Source: Alphaproteobacteria bacterium (lineage in GTDB: Bacteria; Pseudomonadota; Alphaproteobacteria; MPNO01; UBA830). From it: a stretch of 64,000 nt of DNA. Shown piece after piece: positions 23,839 through 32,799 of this stretch. The stretch covers positions 32,001 through 96,000 of the forward strand of contig OZ251539.1 in the NCBI GenBank assembly GCA_965243135.1, given 5' to 3'. How positions within the stretch are numbered: position 1 is the stretch's first letter; every line of letters starts with the position of its first letter. Made by a program: the position numbers and the translations under genes. The notes beneath the pieces were generated by a model. It did not search any database and was not told the origin of the DNA. It saw only the letters and a program-made list of their open reading frames with translations.

Positions 23839-25226
23839 GACGCCCGATCCTGGCAATGACGAAAACCATGCATAAGACGGTTTTCGATTATCTGTTTCCG
23901 GGAGACGGGCTTGAGGCGGCTGGCGTTCTGCTTTGCAATCAAGGAACGGGTAAGCGTTGCCAGCGGCTTCTTGCTGCGGAATTTCTGCATTTGCCTCATA
24001 ATCTGTCGGAAAGAAGACCGGATTTCGTTTCCTGGCCTTTCAGCGAGCACATGACGCCGGATCGGATCGGAGAGGCGGACCGAAAGGGTCAAACGATCAT
24101 CGCCATTCATTCGCACCCGAAGGGCGGCGGTCATTTTTCGGAGATTGACGACAAGAACGATCTGGAGCTGCTCAAATCGATAAATGGATGGTTTGACGAT
24201 GAGCGGACGAACGGAGTCGCGGTCATGACGCCGGACGGGGCGATTGCCGCCAGAACGATGGGTGAAGATCGAGGTTTCAGGAATGTCGAGGCAGTCTCGG
24301 CAGTAGGAAGCAGCATTCGAATATGGAAGTCCCGTCGGGAAGATCAGCATACTGCGTATGAAGCGAAGATGTCGCAGACCTTCGGGCAGGGAACCCTCGA
24401 ACTTCTGAAGTCGATGAGAATCGGAGTCGTTGGATGTTCGGGAACCGGCAGCATCGTGATCGAATTGCTGGCGCGAAACTGCGTGGGGGAACTTGTCATT
24501 GTCGACGACGACGTTCTGGAAGAAAAGAATCTCAATCGCGTTGTTGGCGGCACGATGAAGGATGCGCGCGCAGGGCGTCCGAAGGCGGCCGCGATACGGG
24601 ACGCTATCGGCGAGACGGGACTCGAAACTCGAGTCGAAGCGTATCGCGGCGTTACCGATTCGCCGGAGGTGATTTCGGCGTTGATCGATTGCGACGCGAT
24701 TTTCGGATGCGTCGATTCCGCGTTCGGCAGGTATCACCTGGACTGTCTGGCCAGCGCCTATCTGATTCCGTATTTCGACGTCGGCGTCCACATCGAGGCT
24801 GACGGAACCGGCGGGATCCGGGCGGCCGACGCCGTTGCGCACTATGTGCATCCGGACGGGCTCAGCCTGATCTCGAGAGGCGCCTATACGATGGAACAGG
24901 TCGCGGCCGAAGACTGGAGAAGGACCGATCCGGCGCACTATCGGAGACAGCGCATGGCGGGGTATCTGGCCGAAGTGGGCGAAGAACAGCCTGCGGTCAT
25001 GTCGGTCAACATGCAGGCGGCGTGCATGGCGTTCAACGACTTCATGGCGCGCATTCACGCCTTCCGGCTGGACGGCAATCACGAGTTCGGAACGCAAAGG
25101 TTCAGACTGGTGCACGGTTGCTATGAAAACGAGGCCGACGCCGGAGCTCCGCATCCGCTTCTCGGACGTTATGCAGGGACCGGGGACGGCAGCCTTCTGG
25201 TTCGGAACAATACCCGTCGTGATTAG
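23835..25226 (+). CDS. JAB peptidase-ThiF/E1 fusion protein
   Basis: N-terminal JAMM motif E...HSHx7SxxD (HSHPKGGGHFSEID). ThiF domain has VVGCSGTGS, DDDVLEEKNLNR, FGCVDS and PYFDVG. Confidence 0.9.
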   Translation: MRRPILAMTKTMHKTVFDYLFPGDGLEAAGVLLCNQGTGKRCQRLLAAEFLHLPHNLSERRPDFVSWPFSEHMTPDRIGEADRKGQTIIAIHSHPKGGGHFSEIDDKNDLELLKSINGWFDDERTNGVAVMTPDGAIAARTMGEDRGFRNVEAVSAVGSSIRIWKSRREDQHTAYEAKMSQTFGQGTLELLKSMRIGVVGCSGTGSIVIELLARNCVGELVIVDDDVLEEKNLNRVVGGTMKDARAGRPKAAAIRDAIGETGLETRVEAYRGVTDSPEVISALIDCDAIFGCVDSAFGRYHLDCLASAYLIPYFDVGVHIEADGTGGIRAADAVAHYVHPDGLSLISRGAYTMEQVAAEDWRRTDPAHYRRQRMAGYLAEVGEEQPAVMSVNMQAACMAFNDFMARIHAFRLDGNHEFGTQRFRLVHGCYENEADAGAPHPLLGRYAGTGDGSLLVRNNTRRD

Positions 25227-25584
25227 GTGGCTGTTCAACGCGATGGCGTTCCTGCATCCCTACGGAACCGAATGGGTGGAAAATCCGCCCGAGGAAATCC
25301 GGCGAAATACGGTGTATGTCGTCGGCGGCCGCGAACATCCATTCCAAGCCGGGGTCGCGTGCCCGCGAAAGAGGTGCAAGCACGTCATTTACCTGGATAT
25401 CGCGCCGGAGATAACCCGACGTTGGTCTCTGACGGAACACGATGACGGGCGCGTTTCGCTGTCTCCGTCGGTGCATGTGACAAGATTGCCTTGCAGATGC
25501 CACTACTGGATAAAACGAGGACGCATATGTTGGAGCGAAACGCCGCGTTTGCGCGTGCCGAAGGAGAATACAAGTGATCCGTAG
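25219..25584 (+). CDS. DUF6527-like Cys/His-rich (metal-binding) protein
   Basis: ACPRKRCKHVIYL...WSL...VSLSPSVH...CRCHYWIKRGRICW. GTG start overlaps the E1 stop. Confidence 0.8.
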   Translation: MIRWLFNAMAFLHPYGTEWVENPPEEIRRNTVYVVGGREHPFQAGVACPRKRCKHVIYLDIAPEITRRWSLTEHDDGRVSLSPSVHVTRLPCRCHYWIKRGRICWSETPRLRVPKENTSDP

Positions 25585-25672
25585 GATAATCATTGAGAAT
25601 TTCAAGAAGTTCGGTCGGCTGGAGTGCGACGACATTCCGGATAATTGCATCATTGTTGGCCCCAACAATTCC
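25574..25672 (+). pseudogene. 5' fragment (33 codons) of ABC-ATPase/TOPRIM (OLD-like) nuclease gene, interrupted by IS66
   Basis: AAGGAG SD, GTG start, MIRRIIIENFKKFGRLE...IIVGPNNS. Joins in frame to GKTT at 28475 after removing the IS and one target-site duplication (TSD) copy. Confidence 0.9.
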
Positions 25673-25923
25673 GTAAGCGTTCGGTCGTGGGGTGGCGACG
25701 TTGAGGCCTGCCTCCAGGCAGGGGCTTCAACCAGACGTCCTTGACCGGGAGGGCGCGTTCGTTTCGGGTACTGCCGCGGCCTACGCCGCCCCTCTGGTTG
25801 GCACCCGGCAACAGGTTTCTCGCGAAGTCCCGGAGAGTAAGCGTTCGGTTGCGAAGCGGGCTGTCGAGCCAGGCGAATCGCCCAGGCCTGGACACTCTTC
25901 TTTTGTTCTTGTATACGGCTGCC

Positions 25924-27570
25924 ATGGCGGTCGAATCTGCACGCACGCTTTCCGGGACCGAGCTGTCGGGCGACGGCCAAGCTCTGGCTGCGGCATGCCG
26001 AGCGAATGCGGCTCTCTGCCAGGCGCTGGAAAGCGCACTCGATAAAGCGGAGAAGTTTCGCCGCGACGCCGAGAGGTGGCAGGGAGCTTTCCACCGGGCG
26101 ATGGCGCTGATTAGAATCCTGAAAAAGAGACGCGAGGCGCCGCCCCGAGAGACGGCAGAGAACGAGAGTCTGAAGTCCCGCAGCCGCAGGTTTGCCCGGG
26201 AGTTGTTCGGGCGCCGCAGCGAGCGGCAGCCTACGGCAACCGGTCGACGCCGGGGGCGCAGTCAGGGAACGCCGTCGCACGGCCGCACGCCGCACCCCGA
26301 GCTGCCCGTTCGCGAGGAGGAGTCGCTTCCGGACGAGCGCACGTGTCCGGACTGCGGCAAGGCCTGGGTCTCGAACGGTTGGAAGGACACGGATCTCATC
26401 GAGACCAGGACCGTCACCTATGTCCGGAGGATTCGACGGAAGCGGCTGCGCCCGACCTGTACCTGCCGACCGGAAAAGGAGGCCGTCGGCCCGGCTCCGG
26501 CGCGGCTGTTTCCGAACACTCGGTACGGAGTTTCCGTCTGGGCGTACGTCCTGGCGGAGAGGTACGGCCTGCACCGTCCGTTGCGCTCGGTCTGCCGCGC
26601 GCTGGGTCAGCACGGGCTTGCCATTGCGCCCGGCACGTTGGCGGACGCTCAGCGGGGATTCCTGCGACTGTTCGAGCCGCTCGACGATGAGATCTCCCGG
26701 CGCCTGTCGGAGGCGCCGGTCGTTCACGGCGACGAAACAGGGTGGTGGATACGGGAGTTGGGCGAAGAAGACGGCGGCAACGCTCGCGCCTGGGCATGGA
26801 TCGCCCGGTCGGCGGACGCGGTTCGCATCGTTATTCTGCCGTCGCGCAGCGCGGAAGCCGCCCTTGAACTGTTCAGGGGGCTCGGCTCGCCCGAACAGGC
26901 GGCTCACCTGGTCTGCGACCGCTACTCCGCCTACCGGAAGCTGGCGCGCGTCATGGAAGGGTGCATCGTCCTTTCATATTGTTGGGTCCATGCCAGACGG
27001 GACTTCATCAACCTTGAGACCGGCTACCCGAACCTCGCGAAGTTCGCCCAAAAATGGCTTCGTCACATTGCGGCATTGTACCGACTCAACGCCAGGCGTC
27101 TGGCGTGTCCGGGCAACGCCGCCGCCCAGCGGCGGCTCGCGAGATTCGCCGGAGCGTTCTTCGCGGCGGCGAAAAAGGCACGGGACGCGCTTCCGGAGAG
27201 CGCGGCGCAACGCGGCCCTCTGGACTCCCTGCTACGCCACCGCGACGGCCTGACAGTGTTCGTCGACAACGCAGACGTTCCCATGGACAACAACCCCGCC
27301 GAACGCGGCCTGCGCGGCCTCGCGATCGGCCGGAAGCTCTCGTTCGGGTCGCATAGCGTGGACGGAGCGCAGTTGGCGGGCATGCTCTATTCCATCTTCG
27401 GCACGCTCGAGATGGCCGGCGTCTCGCCGTACCGCTGGCTACTCGGTTATCTCGATGCCTGCGCCCGGCATCGCGGTCCGCCGCCCGAAGGCCCTGCTGC
27501 CTGGCTGCCGTGGGGCGCAGGCGAGGAGCGTCTCCGCTCCTGGCGTCCCGCTCTCCCCCAAGGACCGTGA
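25924..27570 (+). CDS. IS66 family DDE transposase (TnpC-like)
   Basis: LFGRRSE, CPDCG zinc finger, HGDETGW, VCDRYSAY, CWVHARR and DNNPAERGLR motifs. Confidence 0.95.
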   Translation: MAVESARTLSGTELSGDGQALAAACRANAALCQALESALDKAEKFRRDAERWQGAFHRAMALIRILKKRREAPPRETAENESLKSRSRRFARELFGRRSERQPTATGRRRGRSQGTPSHGRTPHPELPVREEESLPDERTCPDCGKAWVSNGWKDTDLIETRTVTYVRRIRRKRLRPTCTCRPEKEAVGPAPARLFPNTRYGVSVWAYVLAERYGLHRPLRSVCRALGQHGLAIAPGTLADAQRGFLRLFEPLDDEISRRLSEAPVVHGDETGWWIRELGEEDGGNARAWAWIARSADAVRIVILPSRSAEAALELFRGLGSPEQAAHLVCDRYSAYRKLARVMEGCIVLSYCWVHARRDFINLETGYPNLAKFAQKWLRHIAALYRLNARRLACPGNAAAQRRLARFAGAFFAAAKKARDALPESAAQRGPLDSLLRHRDGLTVFVDNADVPMDNNPAERGLRGLAIGRKLSFGSHSVDGAQLAGMLYSIFGTLEMAGVSPYRWLLGYLDACARHRGPPPEGPAAWLPWGAGEERLRSWRPALPQGP

Positions 27571-28439
27571 GCGGCAGCCCCCGCCGCTACTGCGGGCGCG
27601 ACTTCTCCGAGGACGAGGTCGACATGATCCGCGGCCTGATCGCGAGGGGCGGCCTCCACCGCCGGGCGCTGTCGCGGGAGGTCTGCCGCCGCCTCGACTG
27701 GCGCAAGCCCGACGGCGGCCTAAAGGATATGAGCGCGCGCGTCGCCATGTTGCGCATGCATCGCGACGGCGTGATCGTCTTGCCGCCGCCAAGGCGCGCG
27801 CCGGTCGTCCGCCGTCCGCTCGTGCCCGGTCCCGCGACCGACAGGCCCCCGTTCCCGACCCCCGAGCGTCTCGCCGATATCCAACCCGTCGCCGTTGAGC
27901 CCGTCCGGAACGCGGGCGAAGGCCGCCTCTGGAACGAGTTCGTCGCTCGCTACCACTATCTCGGCTATTCGACGCTGCCCGGCGCGCAGATGCGATACTT
28001 CGTTCGGGCCGCCGGAGGCGAACCCCTCGCCGTCCTCGGCTTCGGCGCCGCGGCCTGGAAGATCGCGCCGCGGGACAAGCTTGTCGGGTGGGATCCCGAG
28101 ACCCGCCGCCGCAACCTGCCTCTCGTGGTCAACAATGCAAGGTTCCTGATCTTGCCGTGGGTCCGGATCAAAAACCTCGCGTCCTGCATCCTTGCCATGG
28201 TTGAATGTCGCCTGCCCGACGATTGGGAAGGCCGCTACGCGTTGCGCCCGGCCCTGATGGAGACCTTCTGCGAGAGCACGCGCTTCGAAGGAACCTGCTA
28301 CCGGGCCGCCAACTGGACCAAGGTCGGCAAAACGCAGGGCCGCGGCAAGCTCGATACCCGGAAAGAACGCGCTCTCCCGGTCAAGGACATCTGGCTGAAA
28401 CCCCTGCGCCGGGACTGGAGGCGGCTCCTCAATGAATAG
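27567..28439 (+). CDS. DUF4338 (DruA-like) domain protein, IS passenger
   Basis: WNEFVARYHYLG, RDKLVGW, VVNNARFLILPWV, ETF, GTCYRAANW and TQGRGK motifs. GTGA overlap with the transposase stop. Confidence 0.88.
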   Translation: MSGSPRRYCGRDFSEDEVDMIRGLIARGGLHRRALSREVCRRLDWRKPDGGLKDMSARVAMLRMHRDGVIVLPPPRRAPVVRRPLVPGPATDRPPFPTPERLADIQPVAVEPVRNAGEGRLWNEFVARYHYLGYSTLPGAQMRYFVRAAGGEPLAVLGFGAAAWKIAPRDKLVGWDPETRRRNLPLVVNNARFLILPWVRIKNLASCILAMVECRLPDDWEGRYALRPALMETFCESTRFEGTCYRAANWTKVGKTQGRGKLDTRKERALPVKDIWLKPLRRDWRRLLNE

Positions 28440-28474
28440 GCCATCACCCCACGACCGAACGCTTACACAATTCC

Positions 28475-29998
28475 GGAAAGACCACCCTGCTGCAGGCGAT
28501 CGCCGCATGGTCGGAAATCGGATATTTGTGGCGCAACTCCTCTCCCGATTTGACGCGAGACGATTCTGGAAAGTATCACTTTTTGAAACTTGATCTGGCG
28601 AATTTTGGAACCATCTCGTCGCCAAATTTTTCCGAAATTTGGAAAGATAAAGAAGTTTCAAATCCGGCTTCCGTGTCCATTGAAACGGAAAGCTGGACCG
28701 TGGGATTCGAATTCGTCTATGAAGAACTCGGGACCGCTTCCATAAGGCCGAATTCGGACGTCAAAGAAGACGATCTGGAAAAATATCTGCATGAACCTTT
28801 CTCGGTCGGGTATATCTCCGCGCTGTCGAGTATGGACGCAAAAGAATCGATATATGGTCGCGAGGTTGTTTCGTCCCGTCTCGCACGCGGCCGAGGCGGC
28901 GAGGTAATCAGAAACATGTTGCGTACAGTCTACGAACACGACAATAAATGGAACAGTTTGCAGGCGACGATCAGAGATCTGTTCGGCTATGAAATTCAGC
29001 CGCCAAGCGGCGCGGATCCAATCTTCGCCGGTTATCGGCACTCGAAAGGCGGTGTATGGCACGATCTTTCGAGCGCAGCTAGCGGGTTTCTCCAGATCCT
29101 GATGGCTCATGCGGCGCTTTTGTACGAGGAATCTGATATTTTGTTGTTCGACGAACCCGATACCCACCTGCATAATTTATTGGAAGAAAGAATATACCAC
29201 AGTCTTAAGGATCATGCCAAGGGACGTCAGCTAATCATAGCGACGCATTCAAGACAGTTGATCGACGCAGCAGTTCGGGAGAATTCCGACCGCTTATTGA
29301 TCGTCACTTCCGAGGGATTGAAGAAGATCAAGAAGCAGGATGCGAATGAAATTAACAGAAGAGAAACGATCGAAATAGTAAACGCAGAAACGGAACGCGC
29401 CGTTCTGTATCTTGAAGGGCAAACGGATCTCAATATTTTGAAGGGATGGGCCAACGTTCTAGATCATTCATCGCGGCAACTTCTTGAAGCTCCTTTTTTT
29501 GTAGCAACGGCAGGGAAAGCGAACAAGCAGGCATTTTCCAAAAAGCACTTTGGTTCTCTGAAAGCTATAGTTCCAAATCTTCGCGGATTGGAGATACGTG
29601 ACGGAGACGGCAAGGAGCATAGTACGCCTAAGACGCCTCAAGGTTTTGCAATTATGTATTGGAAATGGTACGAGATCGAGAATTATTTGATTCACCCTGA
29701 ATCGCTCCTTCGCTATATTAGGGATGAAATTGGAATAGCAGAGAAAAGAGCTGCGGAAGAATATATGACAAAGAATCTTCCTCAAAGTAAATTTGAAAAA
29801 CCGTTTGATGACAGTTTTGTAGACAAGACAAAGGGAAAAGATATAATCAAAGATATTTTTGATAAGGCAAATTGCAATTTGCCTGCAACTGAATATTACC
29901 AGATCGCGAAACGGATGAGAGGCGATGAGATTCACCCGGAGGTTAAAGATAAATTAGACAAAATCGCCGATCTGAAGTCAGCCGATCTGAAGTCATAG
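28475..29998 (+). pseudogene. 3' part of ABC-ATPase + TOPRIM (OLD-like) ATP-dependent nuclease
   Basis: GKTT (end of Walker A), SGFLQ signature, LLFDEPDTHLH, ATHS, TOPRIM LEGQTD...RDGD and EIENY. Visibly lower GC. Reconstructed protein is about 540 aa. Confidence 0.88.
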
Positions 29999-30294
29999 GA
30001 CGAGAGCTACAGTATCGGCCATGCTAGGTCGGTCCTAACTGGACGGTATCTTCAACGCCTGCGCCGTCTGAGAACCCATGGAGCGTGCGTCGGCAGCCCC
30101 GGCTCCCTTCGCTCTGCGTAATTCAGGAGGCGCAGCCGAGGCGCGGCGCGCTTGCGGAGAAAGTTCGTTTCGTCGCCGGACGTTCGGCGGGGAGTGCGCG
30201 CCGCTGCGGTTTCGCCGGTCATGCGGGAAGCGATCCGCCAGATCCGGCGGTGCCAAGCGAAGTTGCGAGCGGATTTTTCGGCGGAACCTCCCGT

Positions 30295-30729
30295 CTATTC
30301 CGGCCAGGAAACGATCCTGTCTTCGGGATCGATTCTTCGAGACTCTCGAACCACCTTGCCCCGAACCGAGATCCCGGCGCGATGGACCGTTTCGGGGTCG
30401 CCGGAAACCAGCGGGTGCCACCAGAACAACTCCTTTCCTTCGGCGACCAGCCGATAGGCGCAGGTCGAAGGCAGCCATCCGCCGCTTCGCGCGAGTTCCG
30501 GAGTTATCCGGACGCAATCGGGCACGCGGTCGTTGCGGTTGCGGTAGTCGCCGCATCTGCAACTGTCCCGGTCGAGCAACCTGCAGGCGACGTCGGTGTA
30601 CGCGACCTCGCCCGTATGGACGTCTTCCAGCTTGAGCAGGCAGCACCGTGCGCACCCGTCGCACAGCGATTCCCATTCGTCGCCGCTCATCTCCTCGAGC
30701 CGTTTCCTGGTCCAGAAGGGATCGGTCAA
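30295..30729 (-). CDS. YcgN (UPF0260) cysteine-cluster protein
   Basis: [19 protein letters not shown]...WLPSTCAYR...WHPLVSG. Confidence 0.9.
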   Translation of the reverse strand: MTDPFWTRKRLEEMSGDEWESLCDGCARCCLLKLEDVHTGEVAYTDVACRLLDRDSCRCGDYRNRNDRVPDCVRITPELARSGGWLPSTCAYRLVAEGKELFWWHPLVSGDPETVHRAGISVRGKVVRESRRIDPEDRIVSWPE

Positions 30730-31304
30730 CCGCGGACGTGCTCCCTGAGCTTCTCGGCGAGGCGTTCGGGCGCGGTCGCGTGCGTGAAATGCGTGACGTA
30801 GCCGCCCTTCGGATCCATGAGGAAAATGATCGACGAATGATCCACAAGGTAGTCGTCGCCGCTTCCTTCGCCTTTGCCGTAATAGACCCGGTAGGCCCGC
30901 GCCGCGGACGCGATCTGCTTGTCCGAACCCGTCAGGGCCACCATGCGCGGGTGGAAGTTCTCGACATAGGTCGCGAGATGCTCCGGCGTGTCGCGTTCCG
31001 GATCGACGGTGATGAAGATCGGCGTGACCCTGTCCTGACGCGGCTTTTCGAGCTGGTTCATCGCCGCGGTTATGACCTGGAGCGCGGTCGGGCAGATGTC
31101 GGGACAGTACGTGTATCCGAAATACACCAGCATGTAGCTGCCGCGATAGTCCGCGTCGGTGCGCGGCCGGCTTTCGTGATCGACCAGCGCGAACGGCCCG
31201 CCGACCAGCGCCGACCCTTTGCCGCCGCCGTAGAGGCCGTAGGCCGCGAGCGCGGCGAGGACGATGCCCGTCGCGGCGATCAAGACGACCTGATACTTGC
31301 GCAT
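30726..31304 (-). CDS. SCO1/SenC family copper chaperone
   Basis: [19 protein letters not shown] and VDHSS motifs; N-terminal TM segment. Confidence 0.93.
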   Translation of the reverse strand: MRKYQVVLIAATGIVLAALAAYGLYGGGKGSALVGGPFALVDHESRPRTDADYRGSYMLVYFGYTYCPDICPTALQVITAAMNQLEKPRQDRVTPIFITVDPERDTPEHLATYVENFHPRMVALTGSDKQIASAARAYRVYYGKGEGSGDDYLVDHSSIIFLMDPKGGYVTHFTHATAPERLAEKLREHVRG

Positions 31305-31401
31305 CGCTTCTCCTGCGTCCGTTGCCCGCAGATTACGGGACGCCGCCGCGATTGGCCAGAGGACGCTTGACGCGAACCCCGAAGCCCACCAAATTTCCTG
31401 C

Positions 31402-31965
31402 ATGTTCGCACGCTTTTCAACGCGCGTTCTTCTCGCGGCCCTGCTGGCGGCAACCGCGTCGTCGGCGCCGTCCCGGGCGGAGATAAACCTCCTGTCGGGC
31501 GGTCCGCTCGTCGTGGCGGCCGAGGGCAACAGCGTTTCCGACGCGGAGGCGCTGCTGGCGCGGGGCGCCAACCCGAACGCGCTCGGCGCCGAAGGCAGGA
31601 CGGCGCTGATTATCGCCGCCGCCAAGGGGTACGAGGACATGGTGGAACTGCTCGTGCGCCGCCGCGCCGCGCTCGATCGCAGCGACAAGTTCGGGAATAC
31701 CGCTCTCTTCTATGCCGCCGCGGGAGACCATTCCGGAGTCGTGGAAATCCTGATCGAAGCCGGCGCCAGGAAAGACAAGGCCAATCGCCGGGGCGTCACG
31801 CCGCTCATGGTGGCGGCTTCCGAAGGGGGGCTGGCGACGATCCGGGCGCTGCTCGACGCGGGGGCGGACCCCGCGGTCACGGATTTCACCGGCCGCACGG
31901 CGTATCACTGGGCGGAGCGCGGCCGGCGCGGCGACGCGATGCGGCTTCTGGCGGTCCGCCCGTAA
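31402..31965 (+). CDS. Secreted ankyrin-repeat protein
   Basis: Signal-peptide-like N-terminus; repeats GRTALIIAA, GNTALFYAA, GVTPLMVAA and GRTAYHWA. Confidence 0.9.
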   Translation: MFARFSTRVLLAALLAATASSAPSRAEINLLSGGPLVVAAEGNSVSDAEALLARGANPNALGAEGRTALIIAAAKGYEDMVELLVRRRAALDRSDKFGNTALFYAAAGDHSGVVEILIEAGARKDKANRRGVTPLMVAASEGGLATIRALLDAGADPAVTDFTGRTAYHWAERGRRGDAMRLLAVRP

Positions 31966-31977
31966 GGCGGCGCAGGA

Positions 31978-32799
31978 CTATTCGCCCATATGCAGCAGTT
32001 TGCCGCGGTCGCGGGCAAGTTCGAACGCGATCAGGAATACGCTGAGACCCAGCGCGAGATAGATCGCGTTCAGGGAAAGCGACCAGACGAGCCGGTCGAA
32101 CAGGAAGACGCCGTCGATGGCGGCCGCCCGCATGCCTTCGAACACGTGCGCCGACGGAAGGGAATAGGCGACCGGCTCCAGCCAGTCGGGCAAGGTGGAA
32201 ACGGGATAGTAGATTCCGCTGAGCGGCGCGACGGCGAAGATCGCCGCCCATGTCAGATTTTCCGCTCCAAGCCCGAAACGCAGGACGAGACTCGACACCG
32301 CGAGGCCGATCGCCGAACCGAATATCAGTAGGTTGACGAAGAACGCGATCAGCGGGAGGCCCATGTCGAAGACGGAATAGTGGTAAAGGGGAATGGCCAG
32401 CAACGCGGCGGGCAATACGCCGATCGCGGTTCGTATGGCGCTGATCGCGAGAAGCGAAATCGCCCATTCGTAGGGGCGGAGCGGGCTGGCGAAAAGCTGG
32501 CCGAGATTGCGCGCCCACATTTCCTCGAGAAAGGAAATGCATACGCCGGTATTCGACCTGAACATGACGTCCCAGAGCAGCACGGCCGCGATCAGGATCC
32601 CGCCGGCGCGAACGAACCACTCCGAATGCGCCATGAGGAACTGCGACATAAAGCCCCAGATCAGCATTTGCATCGTTGGCCAGTAGGCCAATTCGATCAC
32701 CCGCGGCCACGAACTGCGAAGAACGTAGAAGTAGCGCCTGACCATCGCCCCGATGCGTCTCCACGATGGGCGCCGCCCGGCCCGGCGGAGGCTCGTCAT
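31978..32799 (-). CDS. ABC-2 type transporter permease
   Basis: Six hydrophobic segments, SGIYYPVSTLPDWL; overlaps the ATPase gene. Confidence 0.9.
   Translation of the reverse strand: MTSLRRAGRRPSWRRIGAMVRRYFYVLRSSWPRVIELAYWPTMQMLIWGFMSQFLMAHSEWFVRAGGILIAAVLLWDVMFRSNTGVCISFLEEMWARNLGQLFASPLRPYEWAISLLAISAIRTAIGVLPAALLAIPLYHYSVFDMGLPLIAFFVNLLIFGSAIGLAVSSLVLRFGLGAENLTWAAIFAVAPLSGIYYPVSTLPDWLEPVAYSLPSAHVFEGMRAAAIDGVFLFDRLVWSLSLNAIYLALGLSVFLIAFELARDRGKLLHMGE

Larger units (their letters stand above)
25673..28466 (+). mobile_element. IS66-family element carrying transposase + DUF4338 gene
   Basis: Perfect 22-bp terminal inverted repeats GTAAGCGTTCGGTCGTGGGGTG (25673-25694 and 28445-28466). 8-bp TSD ACAATTCC (25665-25672 and 28467-28474). 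Confidence 0.95.

Noticed and set aside
22737-25584. CBASS/Pycsar (E1-E2/JAB) or sulfur-carrier (ThiS/MoaD) operon
   Set aside because: No CD-NTase or cyclase and no cofactor-biosynthesis genes. The separate multi-domain Ubl and E2 fit a Bub/DUF6527-type operon instead.
27567-28439. Druantia antiphage system (DruA hit)
   Set aside because: No DruB-E or large helicase partner. The gene lies inside IS66 terminal repeats and is coupled to the transposase.
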